This document shows, piece after piece, positions 38,122 through 48,309 of a DNA stretch of 64,000 bases. The notes below the pieces were generated by a model that was not told the DNA's origin, did no database searches, and was given only the letters and a program-made list of their open reading frames with translations. The first letter of the stretch is position 1. Every line of letters begins with the position of its first letter. Position numbers and translations under genes: made by a program. Source of the DNA: Spirochaetia bacterium (GTDB taxonomy: Bacteria > Spirochaetota > Spirochaetia > CAKZLE01); contig OY782041.1 of the NCBI GenBank assembly GCA_963677595.1, forward strand, positions 3,552,001-3,616,000, given 5' to 3'.

Positions 38122-38718
38122 CTGGCACTGATCCTTTGCCTGGGAAATCCCGGCAGCGACTATGCGGGGACCCGGCACAACGTCGGGTTCCTTGCTGCTG
38201 ATTCCCTCCTCCGCGCCTTCGGCAGCACCATGAAGAAACGGTTCCTCAGGCCGTACAGCTATGCCGCGATAGGGGGTTCTGGTAGCGGCTCCTATGTCGT
38301 CAAGCCCCTTACGTACATGAACCGCTCCGGCTCCATCCTGCCTGAACTGCTGAGGACTACCGGCAGCGACCTCTCTGACATCATCCTCGTTTGCGACAAC
38401 ATGGATTTGCCTCCCGGTGAGATCCGCATCAAGAGAAAAGGCTCCACGGCAGGCCATAACGGTATCAAGTCTGTCATGGAATACGCCGGGACCGGCGATT
38501 TCCCCAGGGTATACATCGGGGTCGGCCGACCGGCTGAAGGTGCATCGGTCATCGATCATGTGCTCGGGACCCCGGAAGGGGAGGAACGGGACCGCATCAT
38601 GGCAGGAGTCGAACGAGCTTCAGCAGCCCTCACCGACCTGCTGACGGGAAAGGAGATAGGGAGCGTCATCAATGAATACCATAGACGAAGGGACCCTGAT
38701 CAGGCGGGTCTCGTCTGA
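38122..38718 (+). CDS. pth: Peptidyl-tRNA hydrolase (probable CTG start)
   Basis: In-frame LALILCLGNPGSDYAGTRHNVGF lies upstream of the listed ORF; KPLTYMNRSG, GHNGIKS, IGVGRP. Confidence 0.93.
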   Translation: MALILCLGNPGSDYAGTRHNVGFLAADSLLRAFGSTMKKRFLRPYSYAAIGGSGSGSYVVKPLTYMNRSGSILPELLRTTGSDLSDIILVCDNMDLPPGEIRIKRKGSTAGHNGIKSVMEYAGTGDFPRVYIGVGRPAEGASVIDHVLGTPEGEERDRIMAGVERASAALTDLLTGKEIGSVINEYHRRRDPDQAGLV

Positions 38719-40099
38719 ACTGACCTCCATCGCACAAGGTTATCGTCTCCTCATTGCCTTCTCCGGGGGACCGGACTCCTTCTTCCTCCTGGACACGCTG
38801 TACGAATCCATCAAGGCGGGCGCTGCATTCACCCTGGGCCTAGCCTATGTCGACCACCGGCTCCGTGACCCAGAAGAACTGGCCCGTGAGGTCTCCCTGG
38901 TCAGGGAGGCTGCCTTGCGGTACGATGTTGAGCTCCACCTCCTCGACTGCGGGGAGCACGGGGTCATTGATGCTGCGGCATCCCGGGGCAAGGGGGTCGA
39001 GGAGGCTGCCAGGCACCTGCGGTATGAGCTCCTCGAGGCCTGCCGTACCAGCTTCGGCTATGATCACATCCTCACTGCCCACCATCTTGACGACCAGGTC
39101 GAGACCTTGCTCATGCGCTTCTTCAAGGGTTCCGGCGTCCACGGGCTGCACGGCATCCTGCCGCGGCAGGGGGCGACCCTCAGGCCGCTGCTCTCCTTCA
39201 GGAAGGAGGAGATCCTCTCCTACCTTAAGCAGAGGAAGCTGGAGTTCTCCGTTGACAGCACGAACGGCACCGATGCATATGAACGCAACAGGCTGCGCAG
39301 CAGCCTCATCCCGGTCGTGAGGGAACTCTATCCCGGCTATGAGCAGGCCCTGGTGAGCCTTGCTGAGAAGATGTCATCGGCAGCTTCGTATCTGGACGGG
39401 ACCCTCAGGGACCTGGATGACCTCATCCAGATTGGGGACGATGCCCTCAGCTGTGCGAGGGGGGCCTTCGACTCCCTGCATCCCTACGGACGGGCAGAGC
39501 TCCTCTACCGGATGTGGAACATGATGCAGTCCGAACGCTCAGGACTGCCCTATCAGGTGATCAGGAAGCTCGTACAGGATGGGACAACAGGCTATGCGGG
39601 GTCCTGCAGGCTCTTCTCCTATGAGGGGGTTACCTGCAATCTGAGAAAAGAGCGGCTTTTTTTGAGTCGGATGGTTGTTCCTGAGCATAAAAATCGTTAT
39701 CTTAAGGTAATAGCGTCTGAATGTACCGAGCTGTTCCCAGGCTGCATCCTCATCTCACGGGAGACGGATGGGGTCGATCGGGAGGCTCTCTGCATCCCGG
39801 CGTCGGCGATCGACGGGAAGCTGGTCGTGAGGTCCTTCATGGAAGGTGACTCACTCGAGACCGCATCCGGGACGAAACGGGTCCTGAAGCTCTTCAACGA
39901 CTGGAATGTGCCGGTCCAGGAGCGGTGGAAGATCCCCCTGGTCCTCGTGAGGGACCGCATCATCGGTGTCCTCGGGAAGGCGTTCGGGTACCATGACCGG
40001 ATAGCCGGGTCGGCATACGTCGAGAATACTACTAAATCTGGTACAATGGTCTCAGTACACATTGTATCAGCAGGAGACATGTTTGAGTTTGAACGATAA
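38672..40099 (+). CDS. tilS: tRNA(Ile)-lysidine synthetase
   Basis: SGGPDS, DHRLR, EEAAR..RY, TAHHLDDQVET, RPLL, DSTN, RNRLR. Confidence 0.95.
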   Translation: MNTIDEGTLIRRVSSELTSIAQGYRLLIAFSGGPDSFFLLDTLYESIKAGAAFTLGLAYVDHRLRDPEELAREVSLVREAALRYDVELHLLDCGEHGVIDAAASRGKGVEEAARHLRYELLEACRTSFGYDHILTAHHLDDQVETLLMRFFKGSGVHGLHGILPRQGATLRPLLSFRKEEILSYLKQRKLEFSVDSTNGTDAYERNRLRSSLIPVVRELYPGYEQALVSLAEKMSSAASYLDGTLRDLDDLIQIGDDALSCARGAFDSLHPYGRAELLYRMWNMMQSERSGLPYQVIRKLVQDGTTGYAGSCRLFSYEGVTCNLRKERLFLSRMVVPEHKNRYLKVIASECTELFPGCILISRETDGVDREALCIPASAIDGKLVVRSFMEGDSLETASGTKRVLKLFNDWNVPVQERWKIPLVLVRDRIIGVLGKAFGYHDRIAGSAYVENTTKSGTMVSVHIVSAGDMFEFER

Positions 40100-41984
40100 T
40101 AACAATAACAATAATAACCGTCAGAACCCCAACCAGGGAGGAGGCGATGGACCGAAGTTCGATTTCGGCAAGAACCGATTTGCCCTGATCTTCCTCCTGT
40201 TCCTCATCATCATGTTCGCCATGCTCGTATTCTCGAACACCGGGTCCTCGGGCCAGGATGTTCCCTATTCGACCTTCCTGAACTACCTGCAGTCGGGTCA
40301 GGTGGCTTCTGTCGAGATCCTGGATTCGAATGAGGTCAACTTCATCATGTCCACGACCTCAGGCGGGATGCCGGTACAGTATGTGACGCGTATCCCCTAT
40401 TATGATGAACAGCTGATGCCGCTGCTGCTCGAGACCGGGGTCCGGGTGACCGGGTCGGTCAAGGGGGTATCGTTCCTCCAGGTCTTCCTCGAGCTCATCC
40501 CCTGGGCGATCTTCATCTTCTTCTTCTGGATGATCTACAAGCAGACCCAGGGCGGGGGCAACAAGGCCTTCAGCTTCGGCAAGAGCAAGGCTAAACAGTA
40601 TAAAGAGAGCGACGTGAAGATCACCTTCGCTGATGTCGCCGGCCAGAAAGAGGCCAAGTACGAACTTCAGGAGGTCGTAGAGTTCCTCAAGAACCCCAAG
40701 AAGTTCGTCGATATCGGGGCGAAGATCCCGAAGGGCGTGCTGCTCGTCGGTATGCCGGGAACCGGGAAGACCCTCCTTGCCAAGGCGGTAGCCGGGGAAG
40801 CAGGGGTCTCCTTCTTCCACATGTCGGGTTCCGACTTCGTCGAGATGTTCGTCGGTGTCGGCGCGAGCCGCGTCCGCGACCTGTTCGAGCAGGGGCGAAA
40901 GAACGCTCCCTGCATCCTGTTCATCGACGAGCTCGATGCGGTGGGACGGACACGTGGGGCAGGTTACGGCGGCGGCCACGATGAACGTGAACAGACACTC
41001 AACCAGATGCTCGTAGAGATGGACGGCTTCGATACCAAGACCGGCGTCATCGTGATCGCGGCCACCAACAGGCCCGATGTCCTTGACCCGGCACTGCTGA
41101 GGCCCGGCCGGTTCGACCGTCAGGTCGTCGTCGATATGCCCGATGTCCAGGAGCGTGAGGCTATCCTGCGGATCCACTGCAGGAAACTGACCCTCGACGA
41201 GGATGTCGACCTGCAGCGCATCGCCCGGGCGACCCCCGGTACCTCCGGTGCCGACCTTGCCAACCTGGTGAACGAGGCAGCGCTCTTCGCCGCCCGATCG
41301 ACACGGAGCAAGGTCTCGATGGATGACTTCGAGAAGGCGAGGGACAAGATCATCCTCGGTGTCGCACGACAGTCGAAGATGATGACCGAGGAGGAGAAGC
41401 GGGCGACAGCCTACCACGAGGCAGGCCATGCCCTGATGTACTACTACCTCGATCATGTCGACCCCCTGCACAAGGTGACGATCATCCCCCACGGGCAGGC
41501 GCTCGGGCTCACGATCTCGCTGCCGGAGAAGGATTCATACACCAAGAACCGGAGCTGGCTCTCAGATTACGTGAAGGTCTGTATGGGAGGCTATGTTGCT
41601 GAGGAGCTCATCTACGGCGAGACGACCACCGGGACCTCGAACGACATCAAGCAGGCCACGAACATCGCCAGGAAGATGGTGACCGAGTGGGGTATGAGTG
41701 ACCTTGGTTTTGTCTGCTACGGGCAGGAGGATGAACCGCTGTTCATCGGTAAGGAGATCGCGCAGCACAAGGACTACTCGGAAGACACCGCGAAGATGAT
41801 CGACCGGGAGGTCTCCGCATTCCTCAAGCAGTCCCTTGATGCGACACGGGTGATCATGTCCGACCACAAGGACCACCTGGTAACATTGACTGATGCGCTG
41901 ATGGAGCGGGAGACAATGGATGATGCTGAGATCAGGGAACTGCTCGGGCTTGAGGCCTATGAATCGGTAACGGCGCTCCACTGA
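40083..41984 (+). CDS. ftsH: ATP-dependent zinc metalloprotease FtsH
   Basis: 2 TM segments, [28 protein letters not shown]; TTG start with RBS aggag. Confidence 0.97.
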   Translation: MSLNDNNNNNNNRQNPNQGGGDGPKFDFGKNRFALIFLLFLIIMFAMLVFSNTGSSGQDVPYSTFLNYLQSGQVASVEILDSNEVNFIMSTTSGGMPVQYVTRIPYYDEQLMPLLLETGVRVTGSVKGVSFLQVFLELIPWAIFIFFFWMIYKQTQGGGNKAFSFGKSKAKQYKESDVKITFADVAGQKEAKYELQEVVEFLKNPKKFVDIGAKIPKGVLLVGMPGTGKTLLAKAVAGEAGVSFFHMSGSDFVEMFVGVGASRVRDLFEQGRKNAPCILFIDELDAVGRTRGAGYGGGHDEREQTLNQMLVEMDGFDTKTGVIVIAATNRPDVLDPALLRPGRFDRQVVVDMPDVQEREAILRIHCRKLTLDEDVDLQRIARATPGTSGADLANLVNEAALFAARSTRSKVSMDDFEKARDKIILGVARQSKMMTEEEKRATAYHEAGHALMYYYLDHVDPLHKVTIIPHGQALGLTISLPEKDSYTKNRSWLSDYVKVCMGGYVAEELIYGETTTGTSNDIKQATNIARKMVTEWGMSDLGFVCYGQEDEPLFIGKEIAQHKDYSEDTAKMIDREVSAFLKQSLDATRVIMSDHKDHLVTLTDALMERETMDDAEIRELLGLEAYESVTALH

Positions 41985-42009
41985 TCTAGACAACCAGGAT
42001 TGAGAAGAC

Positions 42010-43821
42010 ATGGGTAAAGATATCACGAAAATACGCAATTTCTGTATTATTGCACATATAGATCACGGCAAGTCGACGCTGGCGGACCGGTTCATCGAAC
42101 GGGCCAAGATCGTCGAGGAGCGGAAGATCCAGACGCAGATGCTCGATTCCATGGACATCGAGCGTGAACGGGGCATCACGATCAAGTCCCAGGCAGTGAC
42201 CATCCCCTATACGGGGAATGACGGGGAGGTCTATGAACTTAACCTCGTCGACACGCCCGGGCACGTGGACTTCTCCTATGAGGTCTCCCGTGCGATCTCC
42301 TCATGCGAGGGGGCGCTCCTGCTCATCGATGCCTCACAGGGAGTCGAGGCACAGACCCTGGCGAACATGTACATGGCCCTCGAGTTCAACCTCGAGGTCA
42401 TCCCGGTCATCAACAAGATCGACCTGCCGAGCGCGAACATCGAGATGGTGAAGAAGCAGATCGACCACGACCTCGGGCTCGATCCCGATATAGCGGCGCT
42501 GGTGTCAGCGAAGACCGGAGTCGGGGTTGAGGGACTGCTCGAGATGATCACGGAGTACATACCGGCTCCGCGGGGCTCGGTCTCCGCACCGCTGCAGGCG
42601 CTGATCTTCGATTCCCATTATGATCCCTACCGGGGTGTCATCATCCATGTACGGGTCTTCGAAGGGGAGCTGAAGAAGGGGGATGAGATCCTCCTCTTCC
42701 ACAGCAATGCCACCTATGTCGTCGAGGAGGTCGGGTTCTTCCAGATGGGCCTCCACCAGACCCCGAGCATCTCTGCCGGGGATGTCGGCTACCTCATCGC
42801 CGGGATCAAGGTCATCTCCGATATTCGTGTCGGCGATACGGTCACCAAGGCGAAGCATGGCTGCAAGGCTCCCCTTGCAGGCTTCAAGGAGGTGAAGCCC
42901 GTCGTCTACTCCTCGATCTACCCGATCGACTCCAATGACTACGAGGAGCTCCATACCGCTATCGACAAGCTCAGGCTCAATGATGCGTCCCTCGTCTATG
43001 AGAAGGACTCTTCCGCAGCCTTGGGGTTCGGGTTCCGCTGCGGTTTCCTCGGCCTCCTGCACCTCGAGGTCGTCCAGGAGCGGATCGAGCGGGAGTTCGG
43101 GCTCTCGATCATCTTCACCTCGCCGTCGGTACAGTACCACCTCCTGATGAAGACAGGGGAGAAGATCAATATCGACAATCCGCTCGATTACCCCGATCCC
43201 GTGAAGATCGAGGCTACCGAAGAGCCCTATATACAGGCACAGGTGATCACACCGACCGAGTACATGGGGAACATCATAAGCCTGTGCATCGAGAAGCGCG
43301 GGATCCAGACAGCCATGAACTATATCGATGAACGACGTGTGGAGCTGATCTATGAGATGCCGCTCGCAGAGGTCCTCTTCGACTTCTATGACCGGCTGAA
43401 GTCTGTCAGCCGGGGCTATGCCTCCTTCGACTATGACCTGATCGGCCATCGTGCGACTGACCTCGTTCGTCTCGACATCATGGTCAACGGTGCGATCGTC
43501 GATGCCCTCTCACAGCTCGTCTTCCGGGACAATGCCGTCTACCGGGCACGCCAGGTCTGCAAGAAGCTCAGGGGTGAGATCCCTAAGCAGCAGTTCAAGA
43601 TCCCCATCCAGGGGGCTATCGGGAACACGATCATCGCCCGTGAGACGATCTCGGCCTTCAGGAAGGACGTCACGGCCAAGTGCTACGGCGGTGATATCTC
43701 ACGAAAGCGAAAACTGCTCGAGAAGCAGAAAGAGGGAAAGAAGCGCATGAAGATGGTCGGGAACGTCGAAGTCCCGCAGAGCGCATTCCTCGCGGTCCTC
43801 AAGGGGGATGAGGAGGACTGA
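42010..43821 (+). CDS. lepA: Elongation factor 4
   Basis: IRNFCIIAHIDHGKSTLADR, ERERGITIK, GFRCGFLGLLH, KCYGGDISRKRKLL. Confidence 0.98.
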   Translation: MGKDITKIRNFCIIAHIDHGKSTLADRFIERAKIVEERKIQTQMLDSMDIERERGITIKSQAVTIPYTGNDGEVYELNLVDTPGHVDFSYEVSRAISSCEGALLLIDASQGVEAQTLANMYMALEFNLEVIPVINKIDLPSANIEMVKKQIDHDLGLDPDIAALVSAKTGVGVEGLLEMITEYIPAPRGSVSAPLQALIFDSHYDPYRGVIIHVRVFEGELKKGDEILLFHSNATYVVEEVGFFQMGLHQTPSISAGDVGYLIAGIKVISDIRVGDTVTKAKHGCKAPLAGFKEVKPVVYSSIYPIDSNDYEELHTAIDKLRLNDASLVYEKDSSAALGFGFRCGFLGLLHLEVVQERIEREFGLSIIFTSPSVQYHLLMKTGEKINIDNPLDYPDPVKIEATEEPYIQAQVITPTEYMGNIISLCIEKRGIQTAMNYIDERRVELIYEMPLAEVLFDFYDRLKSVSRGYASFDYDLIGHRATDLVRLDIMVNGAIVDALSQLVFRDNAVYRARQVCKKLRGEIPKQQFKIPIQGAIGNTIIARETISAFRKDVTAKCYGGDISRKRKLLEKQKEGKKRMKMVGNVEVPQSAFLAVLKGDEED

Positions 43822-43864
43822 TCACATCAGAGAACTCCCAAGACATACAGCTAAGGCCTGCAGG

Positions 43865-43906
43865 CATGAAAAAATCCGATACATATCGTATCGGATTTTT
43901 TTCATG
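43865..43906. terminator. Bidirectional intrinsic terminator
   Basis: catgaaaaaatccgatac / gtatcggatttttttcatg. Confidence 0.8.
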
Positions 43907-43939
43907 TGCTTGAATGTACCGCCTGCAGGCGGCCTGGTC

Positions 43940-45457
43940 CTAGCTGTTCTGCAGCACCTCTGCGAAGAAGATCTGCATGAAGTTGTCAGTGAGCTTGTCA
44001 CTGGCGAAGACCTGGTCGGTGTACTCCTGCTGGAGGATCTGCTGAACCATGTAGGGATAGTAGAGGCTCAAGGTGTCCATGGAGTCCGTCGCATCGACGA
44101 CCTCGGTGCAGTATGCGACGAGCAGGCCGTCACCTAAGGAGATGATGGGTGATACCTGCTGGGGATCAGTCGAGTAGAGCGCCTTCAAGGCAGCCTCGTC
44201 GGACCCGATGGATGCAAGGTACTGGTCAGCATCGGTGTATGCGAAAGATTTCAGGAAGGTGGAGCTGTTGAAGTTGAGCGGTGTCGATGACGCCTCGTGG
44301 ATATCGAGGCTGCTGGTCGCTGCCGCTGCATCGAAATCACCTGCAGCCTGGGCTGCGAACGCTTCAGCCTGCTGAGTCATGTAGTTCGTGACGAGCTCGG
44401 TCTCATTGCCGATCATGTAGGTCCTGATGGAGTCGATCTTATCAGGGTCGGTGAGATCGGGCATCCTCGGGCCGTCATTGACCCTGATGATGCTGTAGCC
44501 GTAGGCGGTCTCGTAGAGGTCGCTGACTTCCCCGGCCCCGAGAGAGAAGATCGTATGGACAGCATCCTCGTTCTCGAAGAACTGTGCCAGGTCATTGAAG
44601 CTGAACCAGCCGGCATCTCCGCCGTTCTCTGCATAACTGTCAGTTGAGTTGTTCTTTGCGGCATCCTCGAAGAGTACTGCCCCGCTCTTTATGTCTGCGT
44701 AGATACTGTTCGCTGCAGCCTCGTCATCGGCGGAGAGGGTGATGAGGCTGATGTCGAGTTCAGTGAAGTTCATGAGGTTCGCTTGTGCGTAGGAAAGTAC
44801 ACGTTCTTCGGGGTAGTCAGAGAGGGGGAAGACCACATACTTGAAGGCCTTCTCCTCAGCAGCGAGTGACTTGATATATTCGATCTCCTTCTCGGAGTAG
44901 ATTGAGGAGAACATATCGTTCACCACGGTCTGGTATGCGATGGAGTCCTTGACGGAATCACGGATGACCTGTTTCTGCGAATCACTCGTGCCGTTATAGG
45001 CCTCAGCACTGAAATTCCCGTTCTCGTCGATATAGGGTCCCTGTGTGAGCAGGTAGGAGTCGATCGCGGAGTCTGTTACGAAGAGCCCGCTCTGCTCCAC
45101 CTGGTTCATGATCGCGGTATTGATCACCGTATTATCGAACGCCTGTTTCCAGATCTGGTAGATCTCCCACTGGTAGGTGTCCGATGACAGGTCCCCGTCC
45201 CAGCTTGCAGCGATGTTCTGCTGCTGCTCGTAGAAATAGTTCCCGTATGCATATTCGATCGGGGTCCCATCGTACTCGCCGAAGACGAGGGATGAGGAGG
45301 ATGGGGAGAAGACCCCTGCAAGGGGGCTGAGCACGAAGACCGCGACGGTCAATATGAGGAATAACGCACCGAGGAACCAGGTGATGTTCTTTTTCTTCTT
45401 ATGGTCCTCTTTGGTATTCTTGAACTCTTTTACGTTGTCTTGTTTTTCTGATGGCAT
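43940..45457 (-). CDS. Membrane-anchored peptidyl-prolyl isomerase/chaperone (SurA/PpiD-like)
   Basis: N-terminal TM, parvulin motifs FEDAAKNNSTD..ENGGDAGW and GEVSDLYETAYGYSI. Confidence 0.8.
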   Translation of the reverse strand: MPSEKQDNVKEFKNTKEDHKKKKNITWFLGALFLILTVAVFVLSPLAGVFSPSSSSLVFGEYDGTPIEYAYGNYFYEQQQNIAASWDGDLSSDTYQWEIYQIWKQAFDNTVINTAIMNQVEQSGLFVTDSAIDSYLLTQGPYIDENGNFSAEAYNGTSDSQKQVIRDSVKDSIAYQTVVNDMFSSIYSEKEIEYIKSLAAEEKAFKYVVFPLSDYPEERVLSYAQANLMNFTELDISLITLSADDEAAANSIYADIKSGAVLFEDAAKNNSTDSYAENGGDAGWFSFNDLAQFFENEDAVHTIFSLGAGEVSDLYETAYGYSIIRVNDGPRMPDLTDPDKIDSIRTYMIGNETELVTNYMTQQAEAFAAQAAGDFDAAAATSSLDIHEASSTPLNFNSSTFLKSFAYTDADQYLASIGSDEAALKALYSTDPQQVSPIISLGDGLLVAYCTEVVDATDSMDTLSLYYPYMVQQILQQEYTDQVFASDKLTDNFMQIFFAEVLQNS

Positions 45458-45500
45458 CGATACGTCCTTTTGTTACAAATAACTTAGTGATTCAGCTTAT

Positions 45501-45614
45501 GGGCAACTTCCTTCAGGACACGTGGTCCTTCAGGATTCTTCTAAGACAGCAGGGATGACCTCCAGGATCAGCCCAGCGTTCTCTGATGAGGGAATGCCGT
45601 ACCTCATGAACACT
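45501..45614 (-). ncRNA. Candidate structured RNA / 5' leader (family unassigned)
   Basis: Starts just downstream of ttgata-N16-tatact (45649-45622); three or four pairable stems (see findings). Confidence 0.35.
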
Positions 45615-45743
45615 CTTTCCCAGTATAGGAAGTGAGCTTTTCGTATCAAGAGAAAAAATATCATGTACGTTCTAAAGTGTCAATTAAAAGAGTGGTTGAC
45701 AGAGGTACTCTCTTTCATTATAGTGTGAAACGCGATACGCAAT

Positions 45744-45817
45744 GGGGGCGTGGCGAAGCTGGTTATCGCGCCGGCCTGTCAAGCCGGAGATCGCGGGTTC
45801 AATCCCCGTCGCTCCCG
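45744..45817 (+). tRNA. tRNA-Asp(GTC)
   Basis: Acceptor gggggcg/cgctccc, anticodon arm ccggc-ctgtcaa-gccgg; upstream ttgaca...tatagt promoter. Confidence 0.95.
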
Positions 45818-45833
45818 TTTCCCGAAACAAAAC

Positions 45834-45906
45834 CGGGCTGTAGCGCAGGGGCTAGCGCGCTTGGTTCGGGACCAAGAAGTCGGTGGTTCGAATCCACTCA
45901 GCCCGA
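45834..45906 (+). tRNA. tRNA-Pro(CGG)
   Basis: Acceptor cgggctg/cagcccg, anticodon arm cttgg-ttcggga-ccaag, T-arm ggttcgaatcc. Confidence 0.95.
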
Positions 45907-45910
45907 TTTT

Positions 45911-45946
45911 AAGGCATCTTCCATCCACGGGGGATGCCTTTTTTTT
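45911..45946 (+). terminator. Intrinsic terminator of the tRNA operon
   Basis: aaggcatcttcc / gggggatgcctt stem plus T-run. Confidence 0.85.
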
Positions 45947-46021
45947 GGCTCAGAACAAATACAAGGCCCCAAGGTTTACCCCGCATTGCCGGCAGGGTAT
46001 ACTGTAGGTGAGGGGGGACCT

Positions 46022-46690
46022 ATGCATAGGGAGCTGCCCCCGTCGGGGGCCCTGTATGTCGAGATGATCACCTACCGTATGATATTCCTGGTAGTATCCC
46101 TATGGGTATGTGCGATCCTCACCTATGCCGAACCCTTCCGTCTCTTCTCCTTTGCCATAAGCGACCTCGGCGCCCTGCATACGCCGGGAGGCATTCCCAA
46201 CCGATGGGGTATCATCCTCTATAACCTCTCCATGCTGTTGATGGGATGGTATATGTTCAAGCTCGGTGTTCACTACCGTCGATTCCCTGCAGCAAACGAT
46301 AGTCTCTACAGACTGCTCTACCTGCTCGGCGGGCTCGGTGCCCTGATCGCCTGCTGCCCGACAGACCTCAACAGCTTCACTCATTCGATTGGCAGCGGGC
46401 TGCTGGTATTCAGCCAGGTCTTCATCGCCTTCACGAGGATACTCGCCCAGAGACAGGCCTTTTCTGCCAGGAGTACCAGGATGCGTACAGCCCTCCTGTT
46501 CATACCGATGCTCCTCTATGCAGGGCTCTGGGTGATCAGAGCAGGCTCAGGGGTCCAGTTCTTCCAGAAGGCTGCTTTCTCATCCCTCTTAGCTATTGAG
46601 CTGAGAACGAGCAATGCCGCAGGATTGAGTATCGAGCAGGAACTCTCAGGTCCTGCCTCTCTCCATATCCTGCAGGGGCATGGCCGGTGA
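46022..46690 (+). CDS. Hypothetical membrane protein (DUF998-like)
   Basis: AISDLG motif, TM His, 5-6 TM segments; RBS gagggg before the ATG at 46022. Confidence 0.65.
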   Translation: MHRELPPSGALYVEMITYRMIFLVVSLWVCAILTYAEPFRLFSFAISDLGALHTPGGIPNRWGIILYNLSMLLMGWYMFKLGVHYRRFPAANDSLYRLLYLLGGLGALIACCPTDLNSFTHSIGSGLLVFSQVFIAFTRILAQRQAFSARSTRMRTALLFIPMLLYAGLWVIRAGSGVQFFQKAAFSSLLAIELRTSNAAGLSIEQELSGPASLHILQGHGR

Positions 46691-46873
46691 GTACGGCGAA
46701 CAGCTGTCTGGTGATTTGACCTGCGATTTAGATATGGAAAAGTATGAAAAATGAAAGTGTTCAAAAAAAGATACTACCATCCAGGTGGTGGCTTCTTGGT
46801 TGGTATATGATTAAATACATTGAAAGCCGTATATGAGTTATATAGGATGAGAATATTATCACATATTTTCTGT

Positions 46874-46915
46874 TTGACAGAGTCTTGTTATGGTGCTAGT
46901 ATTGAACATGTTCAA
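46874..46915 (+). promoter_or_regulatory. sigma70 promoter with LacI-type operator
   Basis: ttgaca-N17-tagtat; perfect palindrome ttgaacatgttcaa at 46902-46915 over the predicted start site; related site atgaaagtgttcaa at 46751. Confidence 0.7.
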
Positions 46916-46950
46916 ATTAAAACCTGTTAGAACAGAAAAAGGAGTGGTAT

Positions 46951-48243
46951 ATGAAGAAGTTTGGTGTCAGTATGCTGATGCTGCTTTGTGCAGCTGCAGT
47001 AGCATTCGCATCAGGAGCGGCAGAGGATGACTCTGTGGAATTGAATTACTGGACGTGGCATCCTGCTGCAGAGGTGATCCAGCCCATCATCGATGATTTC
47101 GAGGCGGACCATCCAGGTGTGACCGTGAACCTCACGGTCATGGAATCGACGGTCTACCAGGAGAAGCTGCCGGTAGCGCTGGCAGCGGAAGAGGAGCTCG
47201 ATATCATCGGGGTGCAGACCGGGCTCATGCCAGCCAAGGTGAAGAGCTATCTTGAACCCCTCGATCCCTATTTCGCCGATATCGCAGGGGGTGACTGGGA
47301 ATCTGTCTTCAATCCCCTCGACCTGCAGATCAGCAGGGACCAGACAGAAAGCGATGATCTCCTGTTTGTGACCAATGGGCGCTATGGGTCAGCTATCGGC
47401 CTCTATAACGTGGATATCTTTGATGAGTTGGGACTGACCGTACCGAAGACCTATGAGGAGATGAAGCAGGTCGCTGCAACCATACAGTCCGAACGGCCTG
47501 ACATCATGCCGGTGGTCTTCACCGGGGACGGATGGTTCCTCGATGAGATGGTCCTTACCCTCTTGGCCCAGGAATCGGACCTCTACAATGATATACGCTA
47601 TGGCAGGGGCGGCCGATGGGACGACCCTGCATATGTGCAGGCTGTCCGGGACATGAAGACCATGTTCGATGACGGGGTCTTCACCAATATGAATGATATC
47701 GGGTACGGCAGGGCATCGGAACTCTTTGACACAGGCAAGGCAGCGATCTTCTACCAGGGAACCTGGGAAGCTCCCAGGCTCTCAAGCACGTTCCGGCAGG
47801 AACGCGGGATCCTGGTGGGGAATGTAGGGGCTATGGCGATGCCAGTCATGAGGGAAAGCGGGAAGGCCACGCTGAGGGCGTTCACCGAAGGCGGATTCGC
47901 GATCCCGGAGAACTCTGAGCATAAGGCCCTTGCTGCCGAATTCATCTTCTACCTGACTGGCGGAGCCGGCTTTGACAAGATGAACGAGGGGATGTTCCTA
48001 GTTCCCAACAAAGTGGACTCCAAACTGCCGGCAGACCTCTTCGACTCGCCGGAAGGGTCAGAAGGCTGGGACCTGGTCGTGGAGTTGGTCTCCGGGGCGA
48101 CTTCGCATCGGAACAATATGTCTGCATTCAGTGACGTGATCGGACAGTATATCCAGAAAGTGCTTGGCGGAGAATACGGTGACGATATCGAAGCTGCCTG
48201 CGCCGATATCCAGCGAGAGTTCGAGTCAGGAAAATATAACTAA
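46951..48243 (+). CDS. Carbohydrate ABC transporter substrate-binding protein (CUT1)
   Basis: Signal peptide ..AFASG, LYNVDIFDELGL.VPKTYEE, F..GKAA. Confidence 0.9.
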   Translation: MKKFGVSMLMLLCAAAVAFASGAAEDDSVELNYWTWHPAAEVIQPIIDDFEADHPGVTVNLTVMESTVYQEKLPVALAAEEELDIIGVQTGLMPAKVKSYLEPLDPYFADIAGGDWESVFNPLDLQISRDQTESDDLLFVTNGRYGSAIGLYNVDIFDELGLTVPKTYEEMKQVAATIQSERPDIMPVVFTGDGWFLDEMVLTLLAQESDLYNDIRYGRGGRWDDPAYVQAVRDMKTMFDDGVFTNMNDIGYGRASELFDTGKAAIFYQGTWEAPRLSSTFRQERGILVGNVGAMAMPVMRESGKATLRAFTEGGFAIPENSEHKALAAEFIFYLTGGAGFDKMNEGMFLVPNKVDSKLPADLFDSPEGSEGWDLVVELVSGATSHRNNMSAFSDVIGQYIQKVLGGEYGDDIEAACADIQREFESGKYN

Positions 48244-48309
48244 ACACAGAACAAGGGTACCTGCTCTGACCTTGATGATGGAGCAGGTACCGTGAGGAGC
48301 AGCATACAT

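Noticed and set aside
40092-40118. AAT/AAC microsatellite at the start of ftsH
   Set aside because: Mixed codons encoding a low-complexity poly-Asn N-terminus; in frame, not a phase-variation tract.
45501-45540. SRP RNA (ffs) assignment
   Set aside because: Lacks the conserved CAGG...GNRA...AGCAG helix-8 pattern; only a loose resemblance.
45632-46021. N-terminal extension of the 352-aa ORF
   Set aside because: It runs through two tRNA genes and their terminator; the real start is the ATG at 46022.
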